A stretch of DNA of 64,000 nt from a virus, in the IMG/VR virus record IMGVR_UViG_3300043409_002481, positions 11,700 to 75,699 of that record. One strand, given 5' to 3'. A program made the position numbers and the translations under genes. The notes under the pieces were generated by a model that was not told where the DNA came from, did not search any database, and saw only the letters and a list, made by a program, of their open reading frames with translations. Positions 49,649 to 58,764 of this stretch are shown piece after piece (within the stretch, counting starts at the first letter, position 1; every line of letters starts with the position of its first letter).

Positions 49649-50090
49649 GTTTTAATGCCTCATTTACGATTTTGTCTGGCGACCATGTATCAAGGTCTAA
49701 TGCTGTCCGTCCGATGCGTTGGATAGTGGATAGAGAGCCAGATAACAGGCTTATATCCTTTGTTGCTAACAGTGTTTTATTAACCTTAGCTTCATTCAAA
49801 TGTCCAATTATCTGCCCTTGTAATGCCCTCGCAACAGTCAAGATATCAGCATCAAACTTAGTTTGCTCCCCTGCTAGGCTTGATACTTTTTCTTGCTTTG
49901 ACTCTTGAGATACACGCCTCAAGAATATCTTAGATTGCTCTACCCATTTGTCTTTTGACGATCTTTGCTGAATATAATTAAGGCTCATCCCATACTTTGT
50001 AGCTAAACTTTGCAAAGATGGGCGTGTATCATCGCTAGGGGCTTCTATATACTCCTTACTAATTTTATCCCAATCATGTTTTGATGCCAT
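49479..50090 (-). CDS. terS: Terminase small subunit
   Basis: DWDKISKEYI...SLQSLATKYGMS HTH; directly upstream of and overlapping terL. Confidence 0.75.
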   Translation of the reverse strand: MASKHDWDKISKEYIEAPSDDTRPSLQSLATKYGMSLNYIQQRSSKDKWVEQSKIFLRRVSQESKQEKVSSLAGEQTKFDADILTVARALQGQIIGHLNEAKVNKTLLATKDISLLSGSLSTIQRIGRTALDLDTWSPDKIVNEALKLGYLLTDPRTLTSDTGSDGKSLGKGRDSDSSETNPFSDILATAEDTVTSITANDSQ

Positions 50091-50166
50091 ATCAAGTACT
50101 TGACATTAAACCTTATATTATTTTATCAGCTAGCTTATATTAGCTAATCTAACTAATTTACTGCGA

Positions 50167-50517
50167 TTATCTAGAAGTTCCATATTTCGCAAATTCAGAT
50201 CCCGCATCATAAATTTTCCCAGAACCTCCACCCATGCCATTAGTACCAGTAGCGCTTCTAGCATTCACTGTAATCAACCGTTTAGCCTTACCTCGTTCTT
50301 GCTGGGTAGAATTCGGGTTTTTAAGAATAGCTTGATTTTTAGCAATATTACCAGCCGACGCTCCAAACTTAGACTCAACACTACTACGCTGACCTACAGC
50401 GCTACGCTTAGCGCCGCCTCCACCACCGCCTCCCTTCTTGAACCGACCACTCATCTTTGCGGGATCATTACCACCGTAATACTGAACACCGTTGCTATTG
50501 TCTAATGATTCCAACAT
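50167..50517 (-). CDS. Basic Gly-rich protein B with conserved leader (candidate radical-SAM substrate)
   Basis: MLESLDNSNGVQYYGGNDPAKMSGRFKKGGGGGG; GAGG RBS. Confidence 0.8.
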   Translation of the reverse strand: MLESLDNSNGVQYYGGNDPAKMSGRFKKGGGGGGGAKRSAVGQRSSVESKFGASAGNIAKNQAILKNPNSTQQERGKAKRLITVNARSATGTNGMGGGSGKIYDAGSEFAKYGTSR

Positions 50518-51739
50518 AATCGACCTCATTAATTTCATTATCATCATACTCAATCATAGTATGAGTCCATCCATCCGCGCCATAACATAGTATAGGCAAT
50601 TTATCCACATCATCTAACAAATAATTACCATTGCTGTCTACAGCATAGCTGAAAGCAGCTTTGTTGACTGGATGAAAAGGTACGTTATGAGACTTCAAAG
50701 AGCATTTTAAGATTGTCTCAAATGTTGGATTCTTAGGCACTTTAAAACCTAACGCTTTCTCAGGACACATTCTAACATTGCTATCGATATAGTGATAATT
50801 TTGTGATGTAACAAATGTGGGTAGTAATGGAGTAAAGAACTCTACCCATTCCCGTTGCGTGAAAAACTCACGGTTTAACGTAGCACACCGATTAATAAAT
50901 TGCTGAACAACTGGGAATAATTTCGGGTACATCTTATAAGCGTCAAAAAAGTTTGAATACTTACCATTAGCAATACTGTAATTCTCTAACCCTATTGAGC
51001 TTGAATATTCACGACACATCTCTACAAATTCTTTCCTGTAAGGATCGCTATGTTTCTTCTTGAGGCAATCACTAATTAAATCTTCGCCTAATAACTTGCG
51101 ATCGCGATCTGACATTACCTTTTTCTGCTTAGTATTGATGTGCAGATTCTCCATCCATGTACCAAACACACCGATCTCTTTTAGCCGATCAAAGAACGGG
51201 ATAGGGTCTAATAACCAGTCAGGCTCGCAAGGGTTACATCCAACGATTACCGTATGACCTTTTGCGATCAAAGCTTCTAATAATTCATAGCGATGCTCTA
51301 AAGGCGGTGCGCTAGGCTCTATGGATTTGCGTGTTTCATCATCAGAGAAAGAGATCGACACATACCAAACACCAATCGGCATAAACTCTAATACCTTTTC
51401 CCATCCTTTACCGCCCTTGGTTTGCACAGAGTAAGGTATACCAAGCTCTGTCATGGTTCCCATAAAAGGAACCATTTGACGATAATTTGAAGCACTAAAC
51501 GGGTCTATGTGGTTGCTAACAATTACAGGATAGCCGTCTCTCAGTAAATATCCCTCTATGGTATTTCTATTTTGATAATCAGCTAATAGCCTTGATACGC
51601 CCTTAACGTCAAGTGTACGAGTAGGACTATTAAGATTTGCGAAACAGTAGGCGCAAGCGTGAGCACACCAATTACCGCTTAATTCTAGGGGTGCGGGTAT
51701 CTTAAGCAAACCGCCGTAAAGAGGCTTTAATCCATCCAT
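50495..51739 (-). CDS. Radical SAM protein (spore-photoproduct-lyase-like subfamily)
   Basis: CAHACAYC (CxxxCxxC), DPF, QTKG, ISFSDDE.RKSIEPSAPPLEHRY motifs. Confidence 0.88.
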   Translation of the reverse strand: MDGLKPLYGGLLKIPAPLELSGNWCAHACAYCFANLNSPTRTLDVKGVSRLLADYQNRNTIEGYLLRDGYPVIVSNHIDPFSASNYRQMVPFMGTMTELGIPYSVQTKGGKGWEKVLEFMPIGVWYVSISFSDDETRKSIEPSAPPLEHRYELLEALIAKGHTVIVGCNPCEPDWLLDPIPFFDRLKEIGVFGTWMENLHINTKQKKVMSDRDRKLLGEDLISDCLKKKHSDPYRKEFVEMCREYSSSIGLENYSIANGKYSNFFDAYKMYPKLFPVVQQFINRCATLNREFFTQREWVEFFTPLLPTFVTSQNYHYIDSNVRMCPEKALGFKVPKNPTFETILKCSLKSHNVPFHPVNKAAFSYAVDSNGNYLLDDVDKLPILCYGADGWTHTMIEYDDNEINEVDYVGIIRQ

Positions 51740-51742
51740 GTT

Positions 51743-52102
51743 TTATTTAAAAAGGTTGAGTTGTCCTTGCCTTTCAAGTCTAGCGGATTGAATACTAGCA
51801 TTACGAGAAATATCACCTGAAGTCATGGCGCGTTTTTGAAATAGTGTTTTCTCTCCTTTGACGCGAGTATATGCCCGTTTACCCTTCCCTTGTATTGTGG
51901 CAATCGCGATTTTGTTGTTACGAATATCTCTAAGCAATTTACCAGTTTTTTTCTTTATACCTCTTTTGTTTAGACCCTTTACATTCATTAACAGTCGAGT
52001 CCCCCCCCCCGATCCTCCCTTCTTGAACCGACCACTCATCTTCTTAGGATCGTTCCCGCCGTAATACTGAGTACCGTCACTGTTGTCTAGCGATCGCACC
52101 AT
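51743..52102 (-). CDS. Basic protein A with conserved leader (candidate radical-SAM substrate)
   Basis: MVRSLDNSDGTQYYGGNDPKKMSGRFKKGGSGGG; K/R-rich; ends QLNLFK. Confidence 0.8.
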   Translation of the reverse strand: MVRSLDNSDGTQYYGGNDPKKMSGRFKKGGSGGGTRLLMNVKGLNKRGIKKKTGKLLRDIRNNKIAIATIQGKGKRAYTRVKGEKTLFQKRAMTSGDISRNASIQSARLERQGQLNLFK

Positions 52103-52112
52103 AATAATCACC

Positions 52113-52760
52113 TTAGATCTCTTGAGATTCTAGCAGCATTTCAAACGCAGCAGTATCATTTTTTATCCCAATACTTTCCTTATACTCATTCCATCTTTGC
52201 ATAGTGCGACTGCCAACGACAATCGGTATAGGCTGCTTGTTGCCGCCACTGCGATCGCTTGCGTATGCTGGTAAGTCATTATTGTCTGAGAACTTGAGAA
52301 AGTCAGGCTCTTGATGGTCAATTATTTCTTGCTTTTGCTCAGCTAACTTTGCGAGTTCATCGTCAAAATATAGATCGCTGATGTCAATTATTTGCGCTGT
52401 TTCTTGCAGTAAATCAATATCTAAATCATAGTTAATCTCACTGATGCGATTGTCTGCAATGCCTAACCTGATAGCGCGAGGATCATCGGCGGTGGGGATA
52501 TCAACCCGTCTAAGAATTACAGGGCGCGTACCATCGATATCAAATACGATAGGCTCTGCTTCATCACCAAATAGCTCTTGTGCCGTCTCTAATCTTGCAC
52601 TACCACTAAATGTCTCGTTGTTAGCCGCGACAGTGATAGCAGACTGCCATCCTTCCTTTGAGATGATATTGGATAGCTGTCCCATACCACGGGGTTTGTG
52701 TTTATTGAGATTTTTTTCTTGAATACGAAAATCTGAGAGCTTAGCTTTACTTTTCGCCAT
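52113..52760 (-). CDS. ParB/Srx-like N-terminal domain protein
   Basis: KNLNKH...ISKEGWQSAITV...SGSARLETA...LGIADNRISE pattern of phage ParB-N proteins near terS. Confidence 0.7.
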   Translation of the reverse strand: MAKSKAKLSDFRIQEKNLNKHKPRGMGQLSNIISKEGWQSAITVAANNETFSGSARLETAQELFGDEAEPIVFDIDGTRPVILRRVDIPTADDPRAIRLGIADNRISEINYDLDIDLLQETAQIIDISDLYFDDELAKLAEQKQEIIDHQEPDFLKFSDNNDLPAYASDRSGGNKQPIPIVVGSRTMQRWNEYKESIGIKNDTAAFEMLLESQEI

Positions 52761-52915
52761 AAATCAACATACGAATTTACTGCGATTCTAGCATTATCGC
52801 GCCCCATGATGGCGATATCGCAAGATTACTGATATTAAAAAGTGGTAAAATATTTGTGTGATCGCGTATGCAACTACCGATCACATGAGCATACCTAAAA
52901 TCAGTAGGAATACTA

Positions 52916-53449
52916 ATGAATATTGTAGATGAAATCTGGAAAGATGTATTGGGTTACGAAGGCTTGTATCAAGTTTCTAATCTTGGGCAAGTAAGAAGTT
53001 GCGATCGGATGGTAAAGAGTAAAAACGGTTACAGGATAGCTAAAGGCAGAATTTTAAAGCTTTCCATGCGTAACAAATATTTGTCTACTGGGATTTGCAA
53101 TCTAGGTAAAAAAATCACTTGCGATGTTCACGTTTTAGTTGCAGAAGCTTTTTTAGGTGCAAGACCTTCTAAGCACAATGTCAATCATTTAAATGGAGTA
53201 AAAACAGATAATCGATTAGACAATCTAGAGATCTGCTCTGCATCCCAAAACACTTTACACGCTTTCAAAATGGGGCTAGCGAAATCAGGAGAGAATCATT
53301 TTGAGGCTAAGCTGACAAATAGTCAGGTCTTGGAGATTCGTGAATTACTTAAACAAGGCAAAAGTGGCAAAGAATTAACTCTTTTATTTGGCGTTAATAA
53401 GGTGTGTATTTCAAGAATTAAAAGTAACAAGATCTACAAATTGGTCTGA
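52916..53449 (+). CDS. NUMOD4-HNH homing endonuclease
   Basis: EIWKDVLGYEGLYQVSNLGQVRS; VHVLVAEAF...VNHLNGVKTDNRLDNLE. Confidence 0.9.
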   Translation: MNIVDEIWKDVLGYEGLYQVSNLGQVRSCDRMVKSKNGYRIAKGRILKLSMRNKYLSTGICNLGKKITCDVHVLVAEAFLGARPSKHNVNHLNGVKTDNRLDNLEICSASQNTLHAFKMGLAKSGENHFEAKLTNSQVLEIRELLKQGKSGKELTLLFGVNKVCISRIKSNKIYKLV

Positions 53450-53495
53450 ATTGATAACCACATGATCAACCTCATACTTAACAACGCAGGTCAAT

Positions 53496-54347
53496 ATGAC
53501 AAGTTTACAACTATTTTCGTTCAATGATCAATCGGTTCGTGTTATCTCTGTTAATGGAGATCCTTGGTTCATTGCTCAAGATGTACTGACAGCCATCAAA
53601 TCTACAACGACTGTCACAGCAGCTAAAACCGTTATAGAGAAAGAGTTAGGAGAGGAGTTTGTTAGTAACACACCCCTTCAAACTTCAGGAGGGACTCAGG
53701 ATTTTATTATTTTTGCTGAGGCGGCTATAACCTTTCTTGTTTCCCGTTCTCGTACCGCAATGGGTAAAGCATTTAATCGACTGCTTCACTCTGAGATCCT
53801 CCCAACCATCCGCAAGACTGGCAAGTATGAGGTTAACCCGCAATTAGCGATCGCCACTGCGATGCCTCAAAACTACATCGAGGCATTAGAAGCTCATCTG
53901 CAATCTGAGAAAGAAAAGTTAGTGCTGACGGCTGCTAACCAGAAACTCATTGAGGCTAATCAATCGCTGCAATCTGAAGTGGAAGTCTTAGAGCCGAAAG
54001 CGATCGTCTATGATGCTGTCATGGACTCTGAAACATGGTTAGACGTTCGAGAGCTTTTCAAGTGCCTTGCTATCCCCAAATATAGGGAAAAAGATTTTAG
54101 AGCATTCCTTTGTCACAAAGATGTGAAGATTTTAAGTAAAGAAACAATGCAGCCATATAGCACTTGGATCGGCTCTGGACTTGCAAAACTAACACCTGTG
54201 ACTCTACCTACTGGCAACATTTACCACAAACCCGTATTTAGCTGGAAGGGGTGCGAGAAAATCATCAATGCTTTACGGGGTCATGGTGTGATTATGAGTA
54301 GTCATCAAATTGATTTGAATCTAGGATTTAAGGTAGTGAAAAACTAA
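53496..54347 (+). CDS. BRO-N antirepressor (KilA-C-like C-terminus)
   Basis: FSFNDQSVRVISVNGDPWFIAQDV...EILPTIRKTGKY...PQNYIEAL...LEPKA. Confidence 0.88.
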   Translation: MTSLQLFSFNDQSVRVISVNGDPWFIAQDVLTAIKSTTTVTAAKTVIEKELGEEFVSNTPLQTSGGTQDFIIFAEAAITFLVSRSRTAMGKAFNRLLHSEILPTIRKTGKYEVNPQLAIATAMPQNYIEALEAHLQSEKEKLVLTAANQKLIEANQSLQSEVEVLEPKAIVYDAVMDSETWLDVRELFKCLAIPKYREKDFRAFLCHKDVKILSKETMQPYSTWIGSGLAKLTPVTLPTGNIYHKPVFSWKGCEKIINALRGHGVIMSSHQIDLNLGFKVVKN

Positions 54348-54496
54348 TGGAACAATTCGACATCACCAAATGTGTACCACGGGCAAGCGCAAAGCCCAAA
54401 GTACACAACCCGTTCCCCGTCGATACGAGTCAGCTAACTAAGCGATTAATTCGTGAGCATTATCCAGAGTTGGAGCATCGGTTAATACGAGATTAA
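54347..54496 (+). CDS. 49-aa small protein, paralog of 3089-3238
   Basis: Hand-translated MEQFDITKCVPRASAKPKVHNPFPVDTSQLTKRLIREHYPELEHRLIRD; TAATG-coupled to BRO. Confidence 0.8.
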   Translation: MEQFDITKCVPRASAKPKVHNPFPVDTSQLTKRLIREHYPELEHRLIRD

Positions 54497-54500
54497 GTAA

Positions 54501-54543
54501 TAAAAAAAGAGTATGTTCTATTTTGGAACATACTCTTTTTTTA
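54501..54543. terminator. Bidirectional terminator
   Basis: taaaaaaagagtatgttc...gaacatactcttttttta. Confidence 0.8.
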
Positions 54544-54575
54544 TCTCTTTGGACGCGTGGCACATGAGGCTATCT

Positions 54576-54926
54576 TCATTCTAAATCAGGAACCGCATTC
54601 CAAGCCGCTAATTTAGCCTTCCCCACAGGCACTCCATGTAATCGAGCATGACTATAAGCCTTAGCTCTGAGCTTTGCTATATCACGCTGTTTTAGCTCAT
54701 TTGGTGTTGCCTTACGCATCTTAGGGATAGCCCTGTAATTACCCTCTATACACTCAATATGCAAGCGCCTATTACCATAAGCGATCGCGCCTTGGTTAAG
54801 GAGTAAGCGCAATGCGCTCGTATTGATTTGAGTACATATTTCGATATAGCGTAGGGAGTAAGATCCGCGATGGGCAACAAAGAAGCCGATGAGCTTGGCT
54901 CGTTCAAATTCCAAGTTGGTATGCAT
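54576..54926 (-). CDS. Hypothetical protein
   Basis: Operon ORF. Confidence 0.5.
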   Translation of the reverse strand: MHTNLEFERAKLIGFFVAHRGSYSLRYIEICTQINTSALRLLLNQGAIAYGNRRLHIECIEGNYRAIPKMRKATPNELKQRDIAKLRAKAYSHARLHGVPVGKAKLAAWNAVPDLE

Positions 54927-55288
54927 TAATAATCAACCAAATCCACGATTAAACCCTCTCGACCTCGTAGCCAGTTATTTTCGTAAACCTCCATAGAACC
55001 AATAAAAAAACTAATAGTACCTAAAGTAGTCCTGATCTCATGATCGTGTTTTTTCACGCTAAGGATTTGCAACCCATCGGCTTGATAATTATCTCTGATA
55101 ATTTCAGTCAACATTGGTAGAATCCACTGAAATTGTCGGTGAGTTGCGAGTCTGCAATAGATTTCCTGATTACCTAGTAATAAATGATTGCAGACATTAC
55201 TGAGAGCGATCGTAGTTTTGCCACATCCGCGATCACGGATATTGTTTTCTAGTACATGTAACGCTCTTTCAGTATCTAATTTCATCAC
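54926..55288 (-). CDS. Small P-loop-like protein
   Basis: RGCGKTT...LRGREGLIVD. Confidence 0.5.
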   Translation of the reverse strand: MMKLDTERALHVLENNIRDRGCGKTTIALSNVCNHLLLGNQEIYCRLATHRQFQWILPMLTEIIRDNYQADGLQILSVKKHDHEIRTTLGTISFFIGSMEVYENNWLRGREGLIVDLVDY

Positions 55289-55294
55289 ACAACC

Positions 55295-55702
55295 TCACTC
55301 TACATACTCTCCATCGTCATCAATAATCACAACCTGTCGAGGCGCGATCGGTGTGGGGTTTATGGCTAACAAGAGTTTGCAGAGTGCGAGTGCTGGTGTG
55401 ATTGCAGACGCTGATTGTAAAAGGCAAGCTGCATCATACATAGGATTATCTCTATATCCTTCACCCTGACATTTTAAAAGGCATGGCGATAAACCAAGGA
55501 TTTCAAAAACCTTCCAGATTGCATCCAAGCTCTCAACATACTTAGGCACAAACTTGCCTAGCTCTGGATGTGCGACGTTAGTGCCCTTGAGAACATCTGG
55601 GAACGATCCACTGCTATACCAAGGCTCAATCTCAGTCCATCCCGCTTTCTCTGCTACAGCGCGGTTAATTTCTTTATTGGTCATTTTTGTGTCCAATATC
55701 AA
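55295..55702 (-). CDS. Phage ABA-sandwich/NinX-like protein
   Basis: MTNKEINRAVAEKAGW...PKYVESLDAIWKV...TPALALC. Confidence 0.6.
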   Translation of the reverse strand: MILDTKMTNKEINRAVAEKAGWTEIEPWYSSGSFPDVLKGTNVAHPELGKFVPKYVESLDAIWKVFEILGLSPCLLKCQGEGYRDNPMYDAACLLQSASAITPALALCKLLLAINPTPIAPRQVVIIDDDGEYVE

Positions 55703-55898
55703 TTACTTCTTTATCCAAGGCTAGCATGATCAGTGCTAGCTCACCTTTTAGATCCTCTAGAGTCAAACCTGCGGGAGTAATCTCATGAGCGCTCCAGCTA
55801 GTTAATTCTCCCTTGCTATTGGAATAAAACTCACGAATAGCAAATATTTCGTCGCCATTCTTGAAGATTTGCTTTGAAACTCGATATGTCCATCTCAT
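55674..55898 (-). CDS. Hypothetical phage protein
   Basis: WTYRV...FAIREFY...LEDLKGEL motif. Confidence 0.55.
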   Translation of the reverse strand: MRWTYRVSKQIFKNGDEIFAIREFYSNSKGELTSWSAHEITPAGLTLEDLKGELALIMLALDKEVIDIGHKNDQ

Positions 55899-56482
55899 AA
55901 TAGTTCCTCCAAATAATCATCAACAAACTGCACGCGATCGCACAAATCCAAGCAATCTTTTGGCATCACCTTATAAGGCAAATCCAAATAACCAAGCATC
56001 CCTAAAAGCTGAGTATGCAACTTAAAAATCAATGGCTGATTAATTGCTGCTTTATACTCCCTCTCAACAAAAGGAATAGCGGGGGGAATTAGTACGATTT
56101 TGTCAAAATATTTAATCGTGACATTAATACAAGTCTGCAAGTAATCCATGACTCTTGACTGCATACGCTCGCTTAGCTCACCGTTGCCAATATCTGCGAG
56201 TAGGTAAGCAACCATATCGAGAGGGGTGCGATCGCAGATAAAACTAGGTTCGTCAATATCGAACCAGATATTTCCAGCTTTATCTAAAATCTCCTCTTGC
56301 AAACGCAATCTAATAAGAATATCAAGTTTATCCGACGGGTGAAAACCATGCCGCAAAAACACGCTACTTGCATCAATGGGGATATATGGAATCCCTAGCT
56401 TGTGCTCTAAGGCGATCGCTAGTGTAGTTTTGCCTGTACCATGAGCGCCGCAAAGTCCTAAGTTAGCCATTAGTTTCACCAT
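55895..56482 (-). CDS. NadR/AAA_28-type P-loop nucleotide kinase
   Basis: GAHGTGKTT; FICDRTPLD. Confidence 0.75.
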   Translation of the reverse strand: MVKLMANLGLCGAHGTGKTTLAIALEHKLGIPYIPIDASSVFLRHGFHPSDKLDILIRLRLQEEILDKAGNIWFDIDEPSFICDRTPLDMVAYLLADIGNGELSERMQSRVMDYLQTCINVTIKYFDKIVLIPPAIPFVEREYKAAINQPLIFKLHTQLLGMLGYLDLPYKVMPKDCLDLCDRVQFVDDYLEELL

Positions 56483-56771
56483 CGTTACTTAGCAAAATCT
56501 TCAAAGCACCCCGCAAGATTGGGAGTTTTTCACTGTCTGTACAACGCAAGCTATTAGCATATTTAATCTGTCTTGCAATATCGTCTAGAAATCTGCCGTA
56601 TTCCGTCGGCGGGATTGAGTTGTAATCGTTGATATTAGCCATCATATTTACCATACATAGTTTTAATAGCGGATTCGGCTTGCAACTTCCTATATTGCTT
56701 TAGTACCAACATACAAGCCTGAAACTCGCGCTCTATTATTTTGGGCTTGCAGTCTTCAAATGTTTTTGCCA

Positions 56772-57437
56772 TCATGCCCTCGCTGTATATACTGATTGTG
56801 CCTGATTCTGATATTTGCCGTTGCGATCGCTGTAACTAATATCGCAGTCATCACCTTGGAAAAATGCCATCTGCAAGATCCCCTCATTTGCATAGAGCTT
56901 ACAAGGGAAATCGGTATAGTTGCCAAATTCCAAAGTCAAAAATCCCTGCCATTCGGGTTCTACTTCTGTAGTAAATGGAATAGCAGCACAGCGAGCATAA
57001 GTAGATTTACCGATCGTTAAGCCGATCACGTTACGGGGCATATCAAACCGTTCTACCGATACACCAAGGGCGGCGCTATGCGGGGGCATTACAAAGTATT
57101 GTCCAGATTCATCGCTATGAAGTTTTGCTTGATATAAAACAGACTCATCAAAATTTTTAGGATCAATAATTGGTGTTTTTAGCCATCCTAGTTTTTGCCA
57201 GATATTCCGATCTTTGAAGATACGAAAATCGTGATCAGCAAGCCGCAAGTCGTAGCCATAGGAGCTTACACCATAGCTAATAGCTTTACGGGTAGGATAT
57301 GCGTAAACACTGGCATATAAATGCACTGACGGCAGATCAGTAGTTTTTACTTGAGTGTTTACAAATGGCGAAAGCATCGGACGATCACCTTTGCATAGTT
57401 CTTTAATTTGGCGATCGCTAAGCAGTGAAAATGTCAT
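56772..57437 (-). CDS. dcd: dCTP deaminase
   Basis: ISYGVSSYGYDLRL, GKSTYARC, EPEWQGFLTLE, YANEGI.Q, GKYQ. Confidence 0.93.
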   Translation of the reverse strand: MTFSLLSDRQIKELCKGDRPMLSPFVNTQVKTTDLPSVHLYASVYAYPTRKAISYGVSSYGYDLRLADHDFRIFKDRNIWQKLGWLKTPIIDPKNFDESVLYQAKLHSDESGQYFVMPPHSAALGVSVERFDMPRNVIGLTIGKSTYARCAAIPFTTEVEPEWQGFLTLEFGNYTDFPCKLYANEGILQMAFFQGDDCDISYSDRNGKYQNQAQSVYTARA

Positions 57438-57572
57438 TTAATCCTCCAAAAATAATAAACTAATCATCACAAAAGCCCAAAATATTATGCCTAGAATGCT
57501 TGCCGTAACGTCAAAGAATCCCCAAATAGTGAGTATCCATCCAAACGTAAAAGCCATCATAAATTTCATAAC

Positions 57573-57809
57573 CTAAAGCCTCCTAATCTTCTGTAAATCA
57601 TCAGCATTGCAATTCAGTACATTGCAAAAAGCGTCAATCAGATCAAACTCTAAATACTTAAAATGACCTTGCTCTAACTTTTGGATTTTGCGGATATTAC
57701 AACCCTCCAAAACTTCGCCATATTCTTTAATCCAATCATCGCAAAGCTTAGCTAGTTGCGCTTGGGTTAGCGATCGCGCTTTGCGTAGGCGCTTTAGATT
57801 TAGCTGCAT
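57573..57809 (-). CDS. XRE-family HTH regulator
   Basis: LKRLRKARSLTQAQLAK...IQKLEQG...FCNVLNC. Confidence 0.8.
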   Translation of the reverse strand: MQLNLKRLRKARSLTQAQLAKLCDDWIKEYGEVLEGCNIRKIQKLEQGHFKYLEFDLIDAFCNVLNCNADDLQKIRRL

Positions 57810-58027
57810 GACTTTAGCTCTTGATATTTGCGCTCTAACTCTGGTAGATCGCAAGCAGTCCAAACACCTCTAAGGCGTTTCTTCCATCTACCCTCTTGAA
57901 ATTTAAACGAGCTAGTTTCCATGATTTTACTCCATTGGATTTCTCCCTCAGATTCTTTGCGAATAAAGATCTCACCCTCAAAACTAACTTCTGTTGTTGT
58001 TACTGCATACTCTTTTCTAATAATCAC
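57800..58027 (-). CDS. Hypothetical protein
   Basis: GAGG RBS. Confidence 0.5.
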   Translation of the reverse strand: MIIRKEYAVTTTEVSFEGEIFIRKESEGEIQWSKIMETSSFKFQEGRWKKRLRGVWTACDLPELERKYQELKSCS

Positions 58028-58064
58028 ATTGTTACCTCATTAACTACTACCCACTATAACATCT

Positions 58065-58161
58065 ACTATCCCTTTAAGGGATACTTTTTACTTATACGAT
58101 TAGGCGAAAAGCAGTGATAATACTAATCATTTGTGTATTGACTATCCCTTGAAAGGATAGT
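58065..58161. promoter_or_regulatory. Two palindromic operators in a divergent promoter region
   Basis: actatccctttaagggatac (58065) and actatcccttgaaaggatagt (58141), the latter between TTGACT and TATAAC. Confidence 0.7.
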
Positions 58162-58190
58162 AGTGTATAACTCAATCAGGTAACACAATC

Positions 58191-58442
58191 ATGAAACCCG
58201 CAAACCAGTACGCCTCGACCACGCCGATCCCTGATTGGTTTGAGTCTGAAATTATCAAGCTAAACGCAGATGATACCGCCCATTTTATAAGCGATCTAGG
58301 ATTGGCTTTACATTATGGAGAATGGGATATGAATCTAGGATCTATAGGATTATCTAGTGCTGCTTACGAGTGGCTAGAATCTCAAGATCGCGTCACATTC
58401 AAAGCATTGCTCAAATGGGTATCTATGGAGTTGATCGACTAA
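58191..58442 (+). CDS. Hypothetical protein
   Basis: ORF after the operator/promoter. Confidence 0.55.
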   Translation: MKPANQYASTTPIPDWFESEIIKLNADDTAHFISDLGLALHYGEWDMNLGSIGLSSAAYEWLESQDRVTFKALLKWVSMELID

Positions 58443-58476
58443 GCTAAAATCAATTAAACCTACCCTCTAAAACCAC

Positions 58477-58764
58477 ATGCTAAATACTTTGGATTTTGCC
58501 AGAAAAAAGCAGATAATCAGAAGTTTTCGAGAGGGGATTTATCAAAATTTTAACTACAAGTGCGTATATTGCGGATCGCTAGCACAATCACTAGATCACG
58601 CAAAACCGAAAGCAAAAGGCGGCGAAACAGTGGCAAGCAATTTATTACCTGCTTGCTTGTCCTGTAATCGCGATAAAGGTAGTCAAGAGCTATTTGCATG
58701 GTATCGAGCGCGATACTACTGGACTCAAGAGCGTGAAGCGGCGATCGCTAATTGGATTAATTAA
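58477..58764 (+). CDS. HNH endonuclease
   Basis: CVYCG...DHAKPKAKGG...NLLPACLSCNRDKG. Confidence 0.88.
   Translation: MLNTLDFARKKQIIRSFREGIYQNFNYKCVYCGSLAQSLDHAKPKAKGGETVASNLLPACLSCNRDKGSQELFAWYRARYYWTQEREAAIANWIN

Noticed and set aside
50431-52089. ~75-bp direct repeat flanking the rSAM gene as possible att sites or transposon ends
   Set aside because: Differences are mostly synonymous and both copies start ORFs with RBSs, so it is a protein-level repeat.
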